In this document: positions 1 to 15,043 of the stretch, in pieces | Numbering within the stretch: position 1 is the stretch's first letter | Layout of the letters: the number at the start of each line of letters is the position of its first letter | DNA from: Eledone cirrhosa | Taxonomy: Eukaryota | Direction of reading: 5' to 3' | Assembly: GCA_964016885.1 (NCBI GenBank) | Contig: OZ024742.1 | Coordinates: 30,008,001-30,072,000 of the forward strand | Length of the DNA stretch: 64,000 nt | Made by a program: the position numbers and the translations under genes | Notes under the pieces: generated by a model | The model's database searches: none | Seen by the model: the letters and a program-made list of their open reading frames with translations, nothing else | What the model was told of the DNA's origin: nothing

Positions 1-52
1 TATATATCTGTGTATATATATATATATATGTAGATATATATATATATATATA

Positions 53-243
53 GGAAAAAGTATGACCCCGACGGCAGAGCTCAAGCCCTTTCGACGGCTA
101 TTTCTGGACATAAATAGCCGTCGAAACGGCTTGAGCTCTGCCGTCGGGGTCATACTTTTTCCTATTACCCACTCTACTACACTAAGTATTGAGTACTCTG
201 GTGCGTTATGGTCCATCTGGCTCCTTACCACAATTCCTTTGTT
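53..243 (+). mobile_element. Mini fold-back insertion of PLE family A terminus in (TA)n
   Basis: 53-162 is a near-perfect hairpin (GGAAAAAGTATGACCCCGACGG...CCGTCGGGGTCATACTTTTTCC), followed by an ~80-nt tail. The sequence matches the pLTR at 21830-21967 and is flanked by (TA)n. Confidence 0.8.
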
Positions 244-267
244 ATATATATATATATATATATATAT

Positions 268-812
268 TTAATACATTAACAGAGAAAGCTTTAAGCTATA
301 CTCTGACTGGCTTCCATCTCACTCAATAAATATTAGGATATACCTTAGTATAATCCCAATTTTACGTTTGGGGTGCTAACTATATGCATTTTGCGGATAG
401 CCAGTTGTATTATTTTATACGAGACATAATTAAAATACATCTCCCTTTCCAAACAATTGTTTCATTATAAGTTTTCTACAAGTTGGGAAAAATATGTCCA
501 GGTTATGTAGAAGCCTGCACATAGTCCATAGGAATATAATGCAGGTGGGCACTTATAAATCATCAGTGGATACCCGTCAAACATCGATATAAAAAAAACT
601 TTTTCGTACCGATATCCATTGCTTCTATCGATGGTCCCTCTTCGTATCAGAATGACCGCCAAATTTAAAATTCCAGCAGTCTCAGAATGAGAAATTTGAC
701 ATTGTCATCAAGCGGAAAGGGGAGGTCATCGCGAAACATAATAAAATAATATGCACGCGGGTCAATTAATTTTTTCAATAATTTTAACCCTGCGTGTGAA
801 GAACTCAATTAG

Positions 813-815
<3 letters not shown>
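268..815 (-). mobile_element. PLE-like pLTR remnant (second, diverged copy at ~30058-30800)
   Basis: Colinear similarity with 30058-30540 and 30730-30790, the same left boundary at (TA)n, and an internal HHR motif. Confidence 0.6.
448..570 (-). ncRNA. Type I hammerhead ribozyme with extended domain II
   Basis: Minus strand reads TCCA-CTGATGA-TTTATAAG...CTTATAAT-GAAAC-AATT-GTT^TGGA. Stems I, II and III all pair, and loop III is palindromic. Confidence 0.75.
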
Positions 816-869
<54 letters not shown>

Positions 870-873
<4 letters not shown>

Positions 874-1571
874 TTAGAGCAAACATCGTGAGCGCTCTAT
901 CTCAAAATTATTTTTGAAAAGCATTAGAAATGCAGAACCAGTAAAAACTTAAAACTAAAACTGAATACTAACCAATACTTATTACTAATTTATATTTATT
1001 CCTAATTAAACTATTTTTCACTGGGAAAAATTCGTCAGGTTGAGATACAATTTGGCGATATTTGGCTGCGCTTTCTAGCAACAAGCCTACCCGCCGTAAG
1101 CAACCAATCACATTCTTTCTAGCTTGACCACAGCCACATTGCGATTCTTAGCCATTTTTTAAATCTAATTTTGGCGCGATCACGTTGGCAAACTAAATGT
1201 CTAATTTTGAGTTTGTCTCCTGATGAATCCTAACTCAAGACATTCCTATTAATTGGATGTCTAAAAATACGGATGAAACCATGGTAGAGATATAATTACG
1301 GTATGTACACATTTCTTCTAAGTTTAATTTTACACCTAATTGTGTATGGTTGATGGTATATTTGGTGAGTTTCTACATGCTGTCGAAATGTTGGATAAAT
1401 ACTCTATTGGGGCCACCGCGAAGAGGCCACTTTCGGTTATTTGACGGAGATTTCTTCATAAGAGCCTTTCTTCTTATAGCTTGGTCTAATTGATTTTTTA
1501 TATGGTTAATTATGCTAATTGGGAGAGGAAATGGTATATATTTTATCTAATAATTCTAAGGACCAGATTTA

Positions 1572-1577
<6 letters not shown>
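870..1577. mobile_element. Composite PLE terminal remnant (870-1038 matches 29830-30012 and the reverse complement of 37327-37524; 1040-1577 is a pLTR with HHR)
   Basis: Direct sequence similarity to those copies; 1100-1577 is the reverse complement of 41081-41560. Flanked by (TA)n. Confidence 0.65.
1214..1292 (+). ncRNA. Type I hammerhead ribozyme
   Basis: TGTCTC-CTGATGA-ATCC...GGAT-GAAAC-CATG-GTA^GAGATA: canonical core, GUA cleavage triplet, palindromic loop III. Confidence 0.85.
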
Positions 1578-4803
<3,226 letters not shown>

Positions 4804-5297
4804 CCAGAAGGTAAACTGCTCTTCACATCAGCTTTAGGAAAATGGCCGACACTACAGTATATAAAGTGAACGATGCCAAATGCCAAGCAGAATATTGACT
4901 ATTTTTAAGTGGCTACATGTGGCGGCTGAGGGAAGGGATTATGTGACAGCCATACGTTTCTCCTTAGTATTAGTGACATGCTTCATATAAAAATAGCTTT
5001 AACTGGCCAATGTAACCGGATTACAGTTATATAGCGTTAACAATGTTACCGCTAATAGCCAGCCTTTGCCTCCCTCCATCCTATCCTCCTTAATTACTCT
5101 CAATGAAGTCGCTGTGTCATGATATTTTAGTAACACAAGAATCGTTATGGTGTTCTGGCGGCTATATCTAAGAGCATTGGAATTATAAGAGGGCCAGCTG
5201 AAAAAAAAACATAGGCTGACCAAGATACTCTCATGGAACGACCAAATTAGGTTTATTTTTCAACATAGTCCCTGGAAAGAAACAATTCAGTTATTAA

Positions 5298-5482
5298 TAA
5301 TTGTTTCTACTTTTGGCACAAGGTCAGCAATTATCCCAGTGTATTACTGCTACTTTATTTTATCGACCCCGTAAAGATGAAAAGCAAAATTAACCTCGGT
5401 GGGATTTGAACTCAGCCCATAAAGGACCGTAACTCTTTGCTATAAAGCATGGCATCCGACCCTCTACCGATACTGCCAATCC
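5298..5482 (-). mobile_element. tRNA-derived SINE (family 1)
   Basis: A-box-like GGATTGGCAGTATCGGTAG, B-box GAGTTCAAATCC, a conserved CCTTTCATCCTTACGGGGTCGATAAAATAAAGTACCAG-type body and an AAT tail. Confidence 0.85.
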
Positions 5483-5949
5483 AAGAGTTGAAATTAATGC
5501 ATGCAACATTTCACACTTCTAGCATCACTCCTTCATACTCAGTCTATGACCTTTTCAGCCCACCTCGTCTGTGTCAAGGCGCGTGTTTTAACGTTTAGTG
5601 TGTGTGGTTGCCGATCGTAAGGACATTAATTCGATTCTCGACGCCGCGATGTATCCTCAAGTAAGGTACATTTTTCTTGTTGCTCCAGTCCAGCCAGCTA
5701 GCAATATGAGTTGTACCTATGATTCGAAGGCCCATCCTAGTCATAACCTGTACCATACTGAATTCCTCTCAGTCCTCTGTCATATATACACCTGCCTGTG
5801 CTATGCTCAACTACTTGCACGTTTATTTCAGGAGCAGCTCCATTCAATCTTGGACCATATTATCCAATGTCTCCTTTTTTTCTAAAGACGGTGGGGTGAA
5901 ATTTCATTCCAGCCATGCAGTGCTCAGCATCAGACTTAAGGAATGCAAA

Positions 5950-6348
5950 TTCAAGCCGCTACAGCTCCGATACTATGGGGGGGGGGCGTGTGGTTAGCTT
6001 GTCTCAGGAAAGGATCGCTGGACAGATTTTAAGGGTAAAACCAACCGGCAGGAGACCCAAGGATAGACCAAAATGGTTGGATAATATCCATCAGTTTGGC
6101 TGGTCACGCTTGTGGATCTAGCCGGATTAGCTGGAGATGGTTGCTTCGGACAGAACCCGCTGGAAGGATTGTTTGAAGACTCTGCTCCCACGACCCTCTT
6201 AGGAATAAGTGGACGAAGAAGAAGACGACGACAACGACGACCACGAAGAAGAAGAAGAAGAAGAAGAAGAAGAAGAAGAAGAAGAAGAAGAAGAAGAAGA
6301 AGAAGAAGAAGAAGAAGAAGAAGAAGAAGAAGAAGAAGAAGAAGAAGA
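5950..6348 (+). mobile_element. 3' fragment of RTE-like LINE with (AAG)n tail
   Basis: RIAGQILRVKPTGRRPKDRPKWLDNI resembles the RTE ORF2 C-terminal GxRxxGRP..W motif and is followed by (GAA)n at 6245-6348. Confidence 0.5.
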
Positions 6349-7075
6349 ACTCTGAGTTCAAATCACTCAATTTGCCCTTCATCATTCCCGTATCGGTAAA
6401 ATAAAGTACCCTTGGAATATAGGGTTGACATAATCGACTTTCACCCCCCAAACATTGCTGGCCTTACACCTAAATCAGAAATGATTATTGTTACATTAGA
6501 CATCATTTGGATTGGCAGTATCGGTAGGGGGTCGGACGCCATGTTTTGACGCATAGAGTTACGGCCCTTGCCATTCTGAGTTCAAATCCCGCCGAGGTTA
6601 ACTTTGCCTTTCATCCTTATGGGGTCGATAAAATAAAGTACCAGTAATGCACTAGGTAATTGCTGGCCTTGTGCCAAAAAGTAGAAGCAATTATTATTGT
6701 ATTCCAGATGGCGGTAGATTGGCAGTATCGGTAGAGGGTCAGAGTTACGGCCCTTGCCACTCTGAGTTCAAATCCCGCTGAGGTTAACGTTGCCTTTCAT
6801 CCTTACGGGGTCGTTAAAATAAAGTACCAGTAATGTACTGGGGTAATTGCTGGCCTTGTGCCAATAGTAGAAACAATTATGATTGTATTCCAGATGGTGA
6901 TGGATTGGCAGTAAGCGGTAGAGCGTCGGATAACATGCTTTGCAGCATAGCATTACGGCCCTTTACTTCTAAGTTTAAATCCTGCTGAGGTTAGCTTTGA
7001 TTACAGCCTTACGGGGTTAATAAAATAAAGTACCAGTAACGCACTGGGGTCGATTTAATCGATTTTCCTCTCCCC
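6349..7075 (+). mobile_element. Head-to-tail cluster of four family-1 SINEs (6349-6490, 6508-6700, 6708-6885, 6893-7075)
   Basis: A-box, B-box and body motifs repeat about every 190 bp. Confidence 0.85.
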
Positions 7076-7699
7076 AATGTATGTCTATGTGTACGTGTAG
7101 GCTTGCATGTGTGTGTGTATGCCTGCGTGTGTGTGTATGTCTGCGTGTGTGTATGTCTGCATGTATGTGTATGTCTACGTGTGTATGTATGTCTGGGTGT
7201 AGATATGTGTGTTTACGTATGTGTATGCGTGTGAGTATGTCTGCGTATGTGTGTGAATGTGTGTATCTCTGCGCGTGTGTATATTTTCGTATGTGTAAGT
7301 GTGCGTGTGTGTATGCCTCATGAGTGTGTGCATGCTTCATGTGTCTGCATGTTTGTATGTTTATGTGTATGGTTATGTATGTCTGTGTGTGCCTTTATTT
7401 CTGCATGCGAGTGTGTATGTCTGCGTGTGTGTGTATAAATGTAAGGGTGCGTGTGTGTGACTGTATGTCTGTGTATGAGTGTGTGTGTATATCTGGGTGT
7501 GCGTGTGTTTGTGGGTGCGTATACGTTTGCGTGTATGTGTAAGGGTGCGTGTGCATATGTTTATTTGTATATATGTATGTCTGTATGTGTGTATTTGTAT
7601 GTATGTGTGTGTATGCATATGTGTGTATATATCTGGGTGTGCGTGTGTATTTAGGCGTGTTTATGTTTCTGTGGATATGTGTGTGCTTGTCGATGATGG

Positions 7700-7892
7700 G
7701 ATGATCGATATATCGATAAGTTGAACAAAAATGCTTTGTAGTATTTAGTCCTCCGACTTATGTCCCTGAATTAACCGATAGAGATCGATAATGATCTACT
7801 AGATAAAGTCCTGGGTCGATAAATTTGACTAAAACTCTTGCGGCGAGTGCTACAGCATGGCCACAGCTCAGCGACTGAAACTAATAAAAGAA
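7700..7892 (+). mobile_element. Diverged SINE
   Basis: Contains GGGTCGATAAATTTGACTAAA...CAGCATGGCCACAG...GACTGAAAC..TAAAAGAAT, a 3' segment typical of these SINE/LINE tails. Confidence 0.5.
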
Positions 7893-7982
7893 TGTTAAAT
7901 AATATATACACATACGCGTGTATATATTCGAAAGTAAGGCTTTATAATATATACCGCGCAGGTAAATATATATATATATATA

Positions 7983-8621
7983 TTTCTCGCTAATTTATAT
8001 TTGTATTAATCCCCAGAGTCTAGCTATTGACCAGTTAATTTTCTTGATTTTTTTAGTTGATTCTATTCACTGATGAATAGCTTATGTTAATTTTAGCCTT
8101 TCTGTTGAGAACTCTATTTGATTTGTGATGTTTTTGCATTTTTGAAATAATATACACAACTGAATTCATTCGCCTAAAATAAGGGTTGCCTCCCTTGCCG
8201 AACCCCACGTTGGGTCAGTAACAGTCATTCCTTAAATTAGCATTGAACTAAAACCTGTTGAAAAATTGGCTTCCTTGTTCAATCATCTTACCAGAAGCCT
8301 AACATTATTTATGTAAGCGGACAGTACTTGATTTAGGAGTCGCAGGAACCCAAATGCTGGATTTTACCAACCATCCAGGGGTCCGGGTAAATTTTCAATC
8401 ACATATATTTTTATTTGTTTGACCCGAATTACTTGGTCGTTTTTTGGCTTGCGGGTGATTGTTTAACCATCGTCTCAGTGTGTTTGGCCTTTAACGTATG
8501 TTGTAGCTCTGGTTCTGGTTCATCTGAATCATTGAACACTTGCCACACATCTCGGAAGTTGTTTTTCGTTATTTCATAGGCCGATATACGATTCTCGCTA
8601 ATTTATATTTGTATTTATATT

Positions 8622-8625
<4 letters not shown>
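7983..8625. repeat. Unclassified ~605-bp dispersed repeat with terminal direct repeat (copy at 32207-32910)
   Basis: Colinear similarity between the two loci; TTCTCGCTAA-TTATATTTGTATT occurs near both ends of each copy. Confidence 0.65.
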
Positions 8626-8677
<52 letters not shown>

Positions 8678-8680
<3 letters not shown>

Positions 8681-8952
8681 GAAGTAGTTCCGTCGGAAAG
8701 GTCCAGGAAAAAAGAGTGTTCTATGTAGGTTATAGAGCTTAATAGTTATGTAGTAAACAACATAAGATAATTATTTCATTTACCAGTCGTTTCTTGAAAG
8801 CAAACAAAATTTGCTTTCAGTCACCAGAATGAAAAAATCCTGGTGTATTTATTGACAGTGGATTTTAAAAACAAAATTATAATCTATATGAAAGTGAGGC
8901 TGGAAAAGGAAGAGGGAAAGGAAAAAAATAAGTATAAAAGTAGATAAACACA
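8678..8952 (-). mobile_element. PLE pLTR fragment with tail and mutated HHR (core CTGGTGA, 8774-8834)
   Basis: Reverse complement of 26430-26636, plus an extra ~75-nt tail. Confidence 0.7.
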
Positions 8953-8955
8953 TAT

Positions 8956-9005
<50 letters not shown>

Positions 9006-9061
9006 ATATACATACACACATATATACATATACATACACACATATATACATATACATTCTA

Positions 9062-9276
9062 ATCGATCGACTTTCGTCAAATCGGACCGAGGAAACAATG
9101 TTTCCATTGGTCTTTCCAATTGCTAATACTATCTATCGGTCGCAACTCCAGGTAGAAGAAGCAACGTGAAATAAAGTGTCTTGCTCAAGGACATAACGCA
9201 TCGCCTGGTCCAGGAATCGAACTCACAACCTTACGATTGCGAATCCAATTCTCTAACCACTCAGCCACATGCCTTC
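9062..9276 (-). mobile_element. tRNA-derived SINE (family 2)
   Basis: TGGCTGAGTGG A-box, GAGTTCGATTCC B-box and a GTCCTTGAGCAAGACAC CORE-like motif. Copies at 29135-29380, 35797-36008 and 52018-52190. Confidence 0.85.
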
Positions 9277-9311
9277 ACTATATATATATACATACACACA
9301 TATATACACAT

Positions 9312-9428
<117 letters not shown>

Positions 9429-9497
9429 CACACACATATATATATATACATATCCATACATACACATACACACAAATACACAAACACACACACATGT

Positions 9498-9528
<31 letters not shown>

Positions 9529-9906
9529 CGTACATACACACACATACATACACACATATATACACACATACATACGCACACACAAATATAGATATATGTA
9601 CACACACCTACATACGCACACACACAATTAATTATAAGAAAAAATAATAATAAAAAATAAAAATAAAAAACAATGGACGACCATATAATGCAATAGGCCG
9701 TCACATAAAAATAAAAATAAAAATTATACGACTTAAGAAAATAAAAATAAAAATTATTATAAAGTTGACAGCGATACAGGAAAGGACACAAATAAATGAA
9801 CAAACACACGTGGTAAGCAATACACACATTTACACATGCATACATATAAATATATACATACACACACACACACATACATACACATATACCTATATATATA
9901 TATACA

Positions 9907-10272
9907 TGGTGGCTGCCAACTCGTTTTCGAGTACGGCCACTACTTTATATCCATGTAGGAGAACCCCTACCGATGCGCTGAACGAGTGTGACTTTTTAGT
10001 CCAGCCAGCGACTTGAAAACTCTGGTGCAAACACTACACTTGTGACAATTATTGACACATAGTGCTGGACCCATGGTACCATGTAACGACAAGCGCAGAG
10101 AGATCTCCAGATATAAAGCAATGCCTGTGCCGTGAAGCTTTTATAGTGAGCAAAGGCACTGCACAAAGCCAGTCCCACTCTCTTAACCAAGATGATATTT
10201 ACCAAAAAGAAGAACAAGTCAACATCATTGGATACCATCAGGGTTGCAGGTGTTATATCAGAGTTTTCCTTA
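9907..10272 (-). mobile_element. 5'-truncated RTE-like LINE 3' end
   Basis: Reverse complement of 2822-3185, lying between (TA)n tracts. Confidence 0.7.
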
Positions 10273-10304
<32 letters not shown>

Positions 10305-10477
10305 CATATATATATACACATATATATATATACACATATATATATACATATATATACATATATATATATACATATATATACATATATATATACATATATA
10401 TACATATATATATAGACACATATATATATATACACACATATACATACATACATATATATACACATACACATACACAC

Positions 10478-10511
<34 letters not shown>

Positions 10512-10705
10512 ATGTGTGTAAAACTCATTCTTTGATGTATTCATTGAACCTTGTTTAACTCTTAAATATATATATATATATATTTATTAAAATAACAGAT
10601 TAAAGTTTAAGCAAAGAATCGCTGCTTTCACCCTTAACGGGATCTTCTGAAACTAACAAAGTCAATCTGTAAACACAGAACTGGATATTTCAAAAAACGT
10701 TGCAA

Positions 10706-12530
10706 TCGGAGAAGGATTCTAACGCCGTGCACGTCCATTCCGACAAAACTGGCAACCTATATCAAGTGGAGCGCAGTACTTACCATCAACTACTACATAA
10801 TGCTGTAACTAAGGATTACCGTAAAACTAATCGGTGCGTCATCAATGAAATCAACGATGCTGGGTTTAAAATCACATCTGATCTCAACATCCTGGACCGG
10901 ACCGAACCTCTGGACCCTATCTCTCCCCACTTTACCCTGAAGGATCACAAATCCAATTTTCCGAACAACCCCTCTATTCGGCTTATTAACCCTACGAAGT
11001 CCGACTTAGGTAGACTTAGTAAAACGATTCTTGATAGAATTATACCTGAAATTAGAAGTTTGGCCCCTCTCGCACTGTGGAACAATTCTTTCGCGGTGAT
11101 TGATTGGTTCAACGGCATATGTAACAAGGAACATTGCCGTTTTATCCAATTCGACATCAACAATTACTACTCCTCCATCACTTTACCACTTCTCCTTAGA
11201 GCTATCAATTTTCGCTAAAACACTCACAGTGGTTAAGGATTTTGAAGTTGATGTCATCCTTAATGCCCGAAAGTCGGTGATTAATTTCGACGACTCTATT
11301 TGGATTAAAAAATCCAATAGTACCCCATTCGACGTGAGTATGGGCGCCAGTGACTCTGCGGAGGTTACTGATCTTATTGGCCTTTTCCTTCTTTTCTCTA
11401 TCAAGGACGAATTCCCCAACGCGGGCGGTGGTTTGTACCGTGACGATGGTCTTTTGACCATGACTAAGTGCGGACCTCGTGCTTGCGACAGGTTCAGAAA
11501 AGAACTCACAGCCTTCTTTAAAGGCTTCAACCTCTCTATACAGGTTGAGGCCAATCTCTCGGTCGTTAATTACCTCGACGTTACCCTCAATTTATTGAAT
11601 GGGTTGTATTACCCGTATAGAAAGCCGAATGATACGCTTAATTACATAAGTAAGCATTCCAACCATCCTGCCAGCATAACCAAGAACCTGGTAAGAAACG
11701 TTTCGTTGAGGCTTTCCCGTCTTTCCACCAACGAGCGCATTTTCAACGACCATTCCACTTATTACAATGAAGCTCTTGATCGAAGTGGATTTGTCGATAA
11801 GGTAGCATATACAGAGTATGAAAATAGACCTAGAAGAAATAGATCCCGTCGCATTTGTTGATTTAACCCACCATATAATATGGAGGTGGCCACACCATTA
11901 GCTAAGATCTTTCTTTCCCTTATTACGAAGCATTTTCCCCCTACACATAAATATAGTAAAATTTTTAATAGAAATACTATTAAAAGTTCTTGCTCTACGA
12001 CTCCTAACCTTGCACATAACATCACAGCTTCAAATTTAGCTAAACTACCTAGCCGTAGGAGCACGTGCAACCCTGTAGTTAGTACTAACTGTAATTGTAG
12101 GAATCGGGCTGATTGCCCCCTATCCGGGAAATGCCTCTCTAGTAACATTGTCTACAAATGTAAGGTTGTAACACCCACGTCCCGTAGGGCCTACATAGGG
12201 TTAACCGCCAATAGTTTCAAGCAGAGTCTTTACTTGCATACCCATTCTTTTCGTTACCCTCTAAGAAGGAATATGACGTCACTTTCAGCTTATATCTGGA
12301 GTCTAAAAGACAACCACACCCAATATAAGCTACACTGGGAGATCCTAGCTAGGGCTAGATCGTATAACGGAAATAAAAGACCATGTGACCCCTGCGCCGC
12401 TGAGGCCCTGGAAATACTCTACGTCACAGACCACATCTTAAACAAAAAATCTGAGGCAATTTCGGCTTGTAAACATAAATTGCACAAAACTTTCCTGTAT
12501 TACAGCCCCACGTTATACCCTAACGGATAG
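10706..12530 (+). pseudogene. PLE reverse transcriptase + C-terminal GIY-YIG endonuclease (disrupted)
   Basis: Motifs SDKTGN, QFDINNYYSSI, MGASDSAEV, LYRDDG, NYLDVTL, CNCRNRADCPL and IVY...YIGLT. Frameshift near 11210 and a TGA at 11859 replacing the W of WFNPP. Confidence 0.9.
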
Positions 12531-13458
12531 CACGATCTATACGTGGATATTTTACGTCTTGATGTGGGAGATAAGTATATGTTTTGTTTATTCCTTTACT
12601 TATTTGCATAGGTAAGTATATATTACCCATATGTTTTGTGAAGGTATGTATACTTTCTCGTACGTATATTTGACTGTTATGGCGTATCATTTTTACATAT
12701 TCTGGTATTTAGGGTTTGGCTATGTGTATACGGGAGTTTCGCGTCCGAGTGAGTATGCAGGTTCGTACGTATGGTGGGTGTGTGTATATGTGTACTTCTT
12801 GTTTTAGTTGACTTACGTCTCCGAACATTCGTGTATTTATATGTAGGTATGTGTGTGCGCATGTTATATACGTATTTATTTACTTATATACGTTTATATA
12901 ATTATTTATTTATTTGTACACAAGCATACACACACACACATATTTATATGTGCGTGGTTTTGTATATCTATGGTAAGGTTTTGCGTATGCTTGTGTATGT
13001 ACGTATCTGTTTGCGTGTATGTATTTATTTGTTTCTATTACTTCTGTATTGTATTTATTTACTTTGTTCTTAACTCTATAGCGGAGATTCATTTGGTCTC
13101 CTAGTTAGAATTTTAGTCTACGACTTCTGCTATACCATTTACGTGGTTTTGTCTTTGCGTGCTTTTGTTCTCCACGCTCCACATATGACTTATTATCTTC
13201 GTTTTTTCGTTCATTGCCAGAGAACGTCTCTATGCACCACCTAAGAGAACATTAGTCTACGACCTCATTTATACCATAAACGTGGTTCTGTCTTTGCGCG
13301 TAATTGTGTTTCACCGCTCCTACTAATGACGTATTATTCGTTTTTTCCCGTTCTTTGCCAGCGAACGTTACCACGAACCAAAGTATCGTCTTCCTGTCTT
13401 CCTCTGGTTGCAACGTTTTTTGAAATATCCAGTTCTGCGTTTACAGATTGACTTTGTT

Positions 13459-13509
13459 AGTTTCAGAAGATCCCGTTAAGGGTGAAAGCAGCGATTCTTT
13501 GCTTAAACT
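13459..13509 (+). ncRNA. Hammerhead ribozyme variant (core CAGAAGA); inverted copy at 10604-10654
   Basis: AGTTT-CAGAAGA-TCCC GTTAA GGGT-GAAAGCA...TGCTT^AAACT. All three stems pair; position 4 is U>A. Confidence 0.6.
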
Positions 13510-13615
13510 TTAATCTGTTATTTTAATAAATATTTGCTCTACGGTTCTTATATATTTGATATATATTTTCCTTATCGAACCCTCTTTGGATTTTAGTCTT
13601 CAATTTTATTATTAT

Positions 13616-13667
<52 letters not shown>

Positions 13668-13672
<5 letters not shown>

Positions 13673-15005
13673 GTTGTTAAACAATATTCAATGATTATGT
13701 CAAAGAATGAGTTTTACAGTAGATTGGAAGCACTCAACGAAAAATAATTTTCAGGAGTTATTAATATTAAAATATAAGTATTAATAAAATAGATGTTCTT
13801 TTGCTCAATTACATTTTATTATACATATTTCGGATGTACGTCCTCATCAGACAAAAGATAATGAAACATGACATACCCTGAGATGTTATATGGTTAAGAT
13901 TTAATCAAGGTAGTGATTAACCTAAGAGAAGATTTTATTTATATCCTATTTATGAGAAAATGCGAAAACGTAATAAATTCATTAGAGAATGTGTGAGTAA
14001 GAAAAAACGTTGCATACTGTAACTGTTCTAGAGGTTTTAAGGTGTATGATACTACGATATATCTAGGAAAACGTCTCATGAATCATAACAGCCAGTGATA
14101 GCCACTGGAAAAGGATTTATAAAGAGGGAAAAATAAAGTGTAGGGGGGGGGGTGAAATATGTAGAAGGAGGTTTTTTCGAAAGTTAAACGGTTAAATTTG
14201 AAAATATTTAATTCATAATATTAGGGTGAAGACTCCAGATTTAAGGATTATTTGCTGGTTATTTATATATTATTTATATAAATTCGATAAGTGTGTTATC
14301 ATTTCTAAACTTCTGAATTTTAAGAGTAACATTTAAGGGATTTAGCTGGCACATAAAGGATGAAATAATATATTGTTGATTATTTACCTAAATTCAAACT
14401 TTAACAAATATACCAACATATTAGGTATGTAAAGCTTTTGAGGTACATATTGTTATAAATATTTAAATAACTATTATGTATATAGGTATATATTAATGAT
14501 CCAGTATGTTTGAGGTAAATAATAACGACGAATATAAAAATAAAATAAGATAATATATTGAAGGATGTTAAGGATAAATATATACCTATGTATAACTGGG
14601 TGTAAATGCACTAATTATTCTTCAACCAAGATATCAACATCTTATTAGATATGTGGATGTATATATATAGATATATATTAGCTATTAGTAGTGTAGTATG
14701 CTTTAGGTAAATGAAAACAGTTACAATTTTATCAACGTATCCCATTCAAATACATATATATATATATATATAAGAAAAACAATGAGTGCATGGATAATAC
14801 AGAGTTCAAAATAATATCTATAATAATTTTTAGTTTGGATAGTTTCTCTATATTTGAATCATATATATAGTAATGTGGTAGGTATATTTTAAAATATTTA
14901 AAATATACAAAATATAATATATAAATACATACATATTATAATTATATTATAAGTAAATAAGAGTTAAACAAGGTTCAATGAATACATCAAAGAATGAGTT
15001 TTACA
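13668..15005 (-). mobile_element. ORF-less or degenerate PLE derivative with HHR and repeated terminal segment
   Basis: 13670-13717 resembles 14958-15005 (direct repeat) and the reverse complement of 10516-10563. HHR at 13814-13856. Confidence 0.55.
13814..13856 (-). ncRNA. Minimal type I hammerhead ribozyme
   Basis: TTTTGT-CTGATGA-GGA CGTACA TCC-GAAAT-ATGT-ATA^ATAAAA. Confidence 0.8.
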
Positions 15006-15008
15006 CAC

Positions 15009-15040
<32 letters not shown>

Positions 15041-15043
<3 letters not shown>

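Larger units (their letters stand above)
10580..13618 (+). mobile_element. Penelope-like element, 5'-truncated, with inverted pLTR at the 5' end
   Basis: 10580-10705 is the reverse complement of 13408-13532. Contains an RT+GIY-YIG ORF, a 3' pLTR with HHR and an ~85-nt tail; flanked by (TA)n. Confidence 0.9.

Noticed and set aside
8060-8085. CTGATGA as a hammerhead core
   Set aside because: No matching stem II/GAAA/stem III, and it is not conserved in the paralogous copy at ~32360.
9200-9276. tRNA gene
   Set aside because: The A/B boxes belong to a multi-copy SINE head, with no complete cloverleaf.
11859-11861. In-frame TGA in a PLE ORF as possible selenocysteine
   Set aside because: It aligns with the Trp of WFNPP in sister elements, so it is a TGG>TGA nonsense mutation. 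The copy is also frameshifted.
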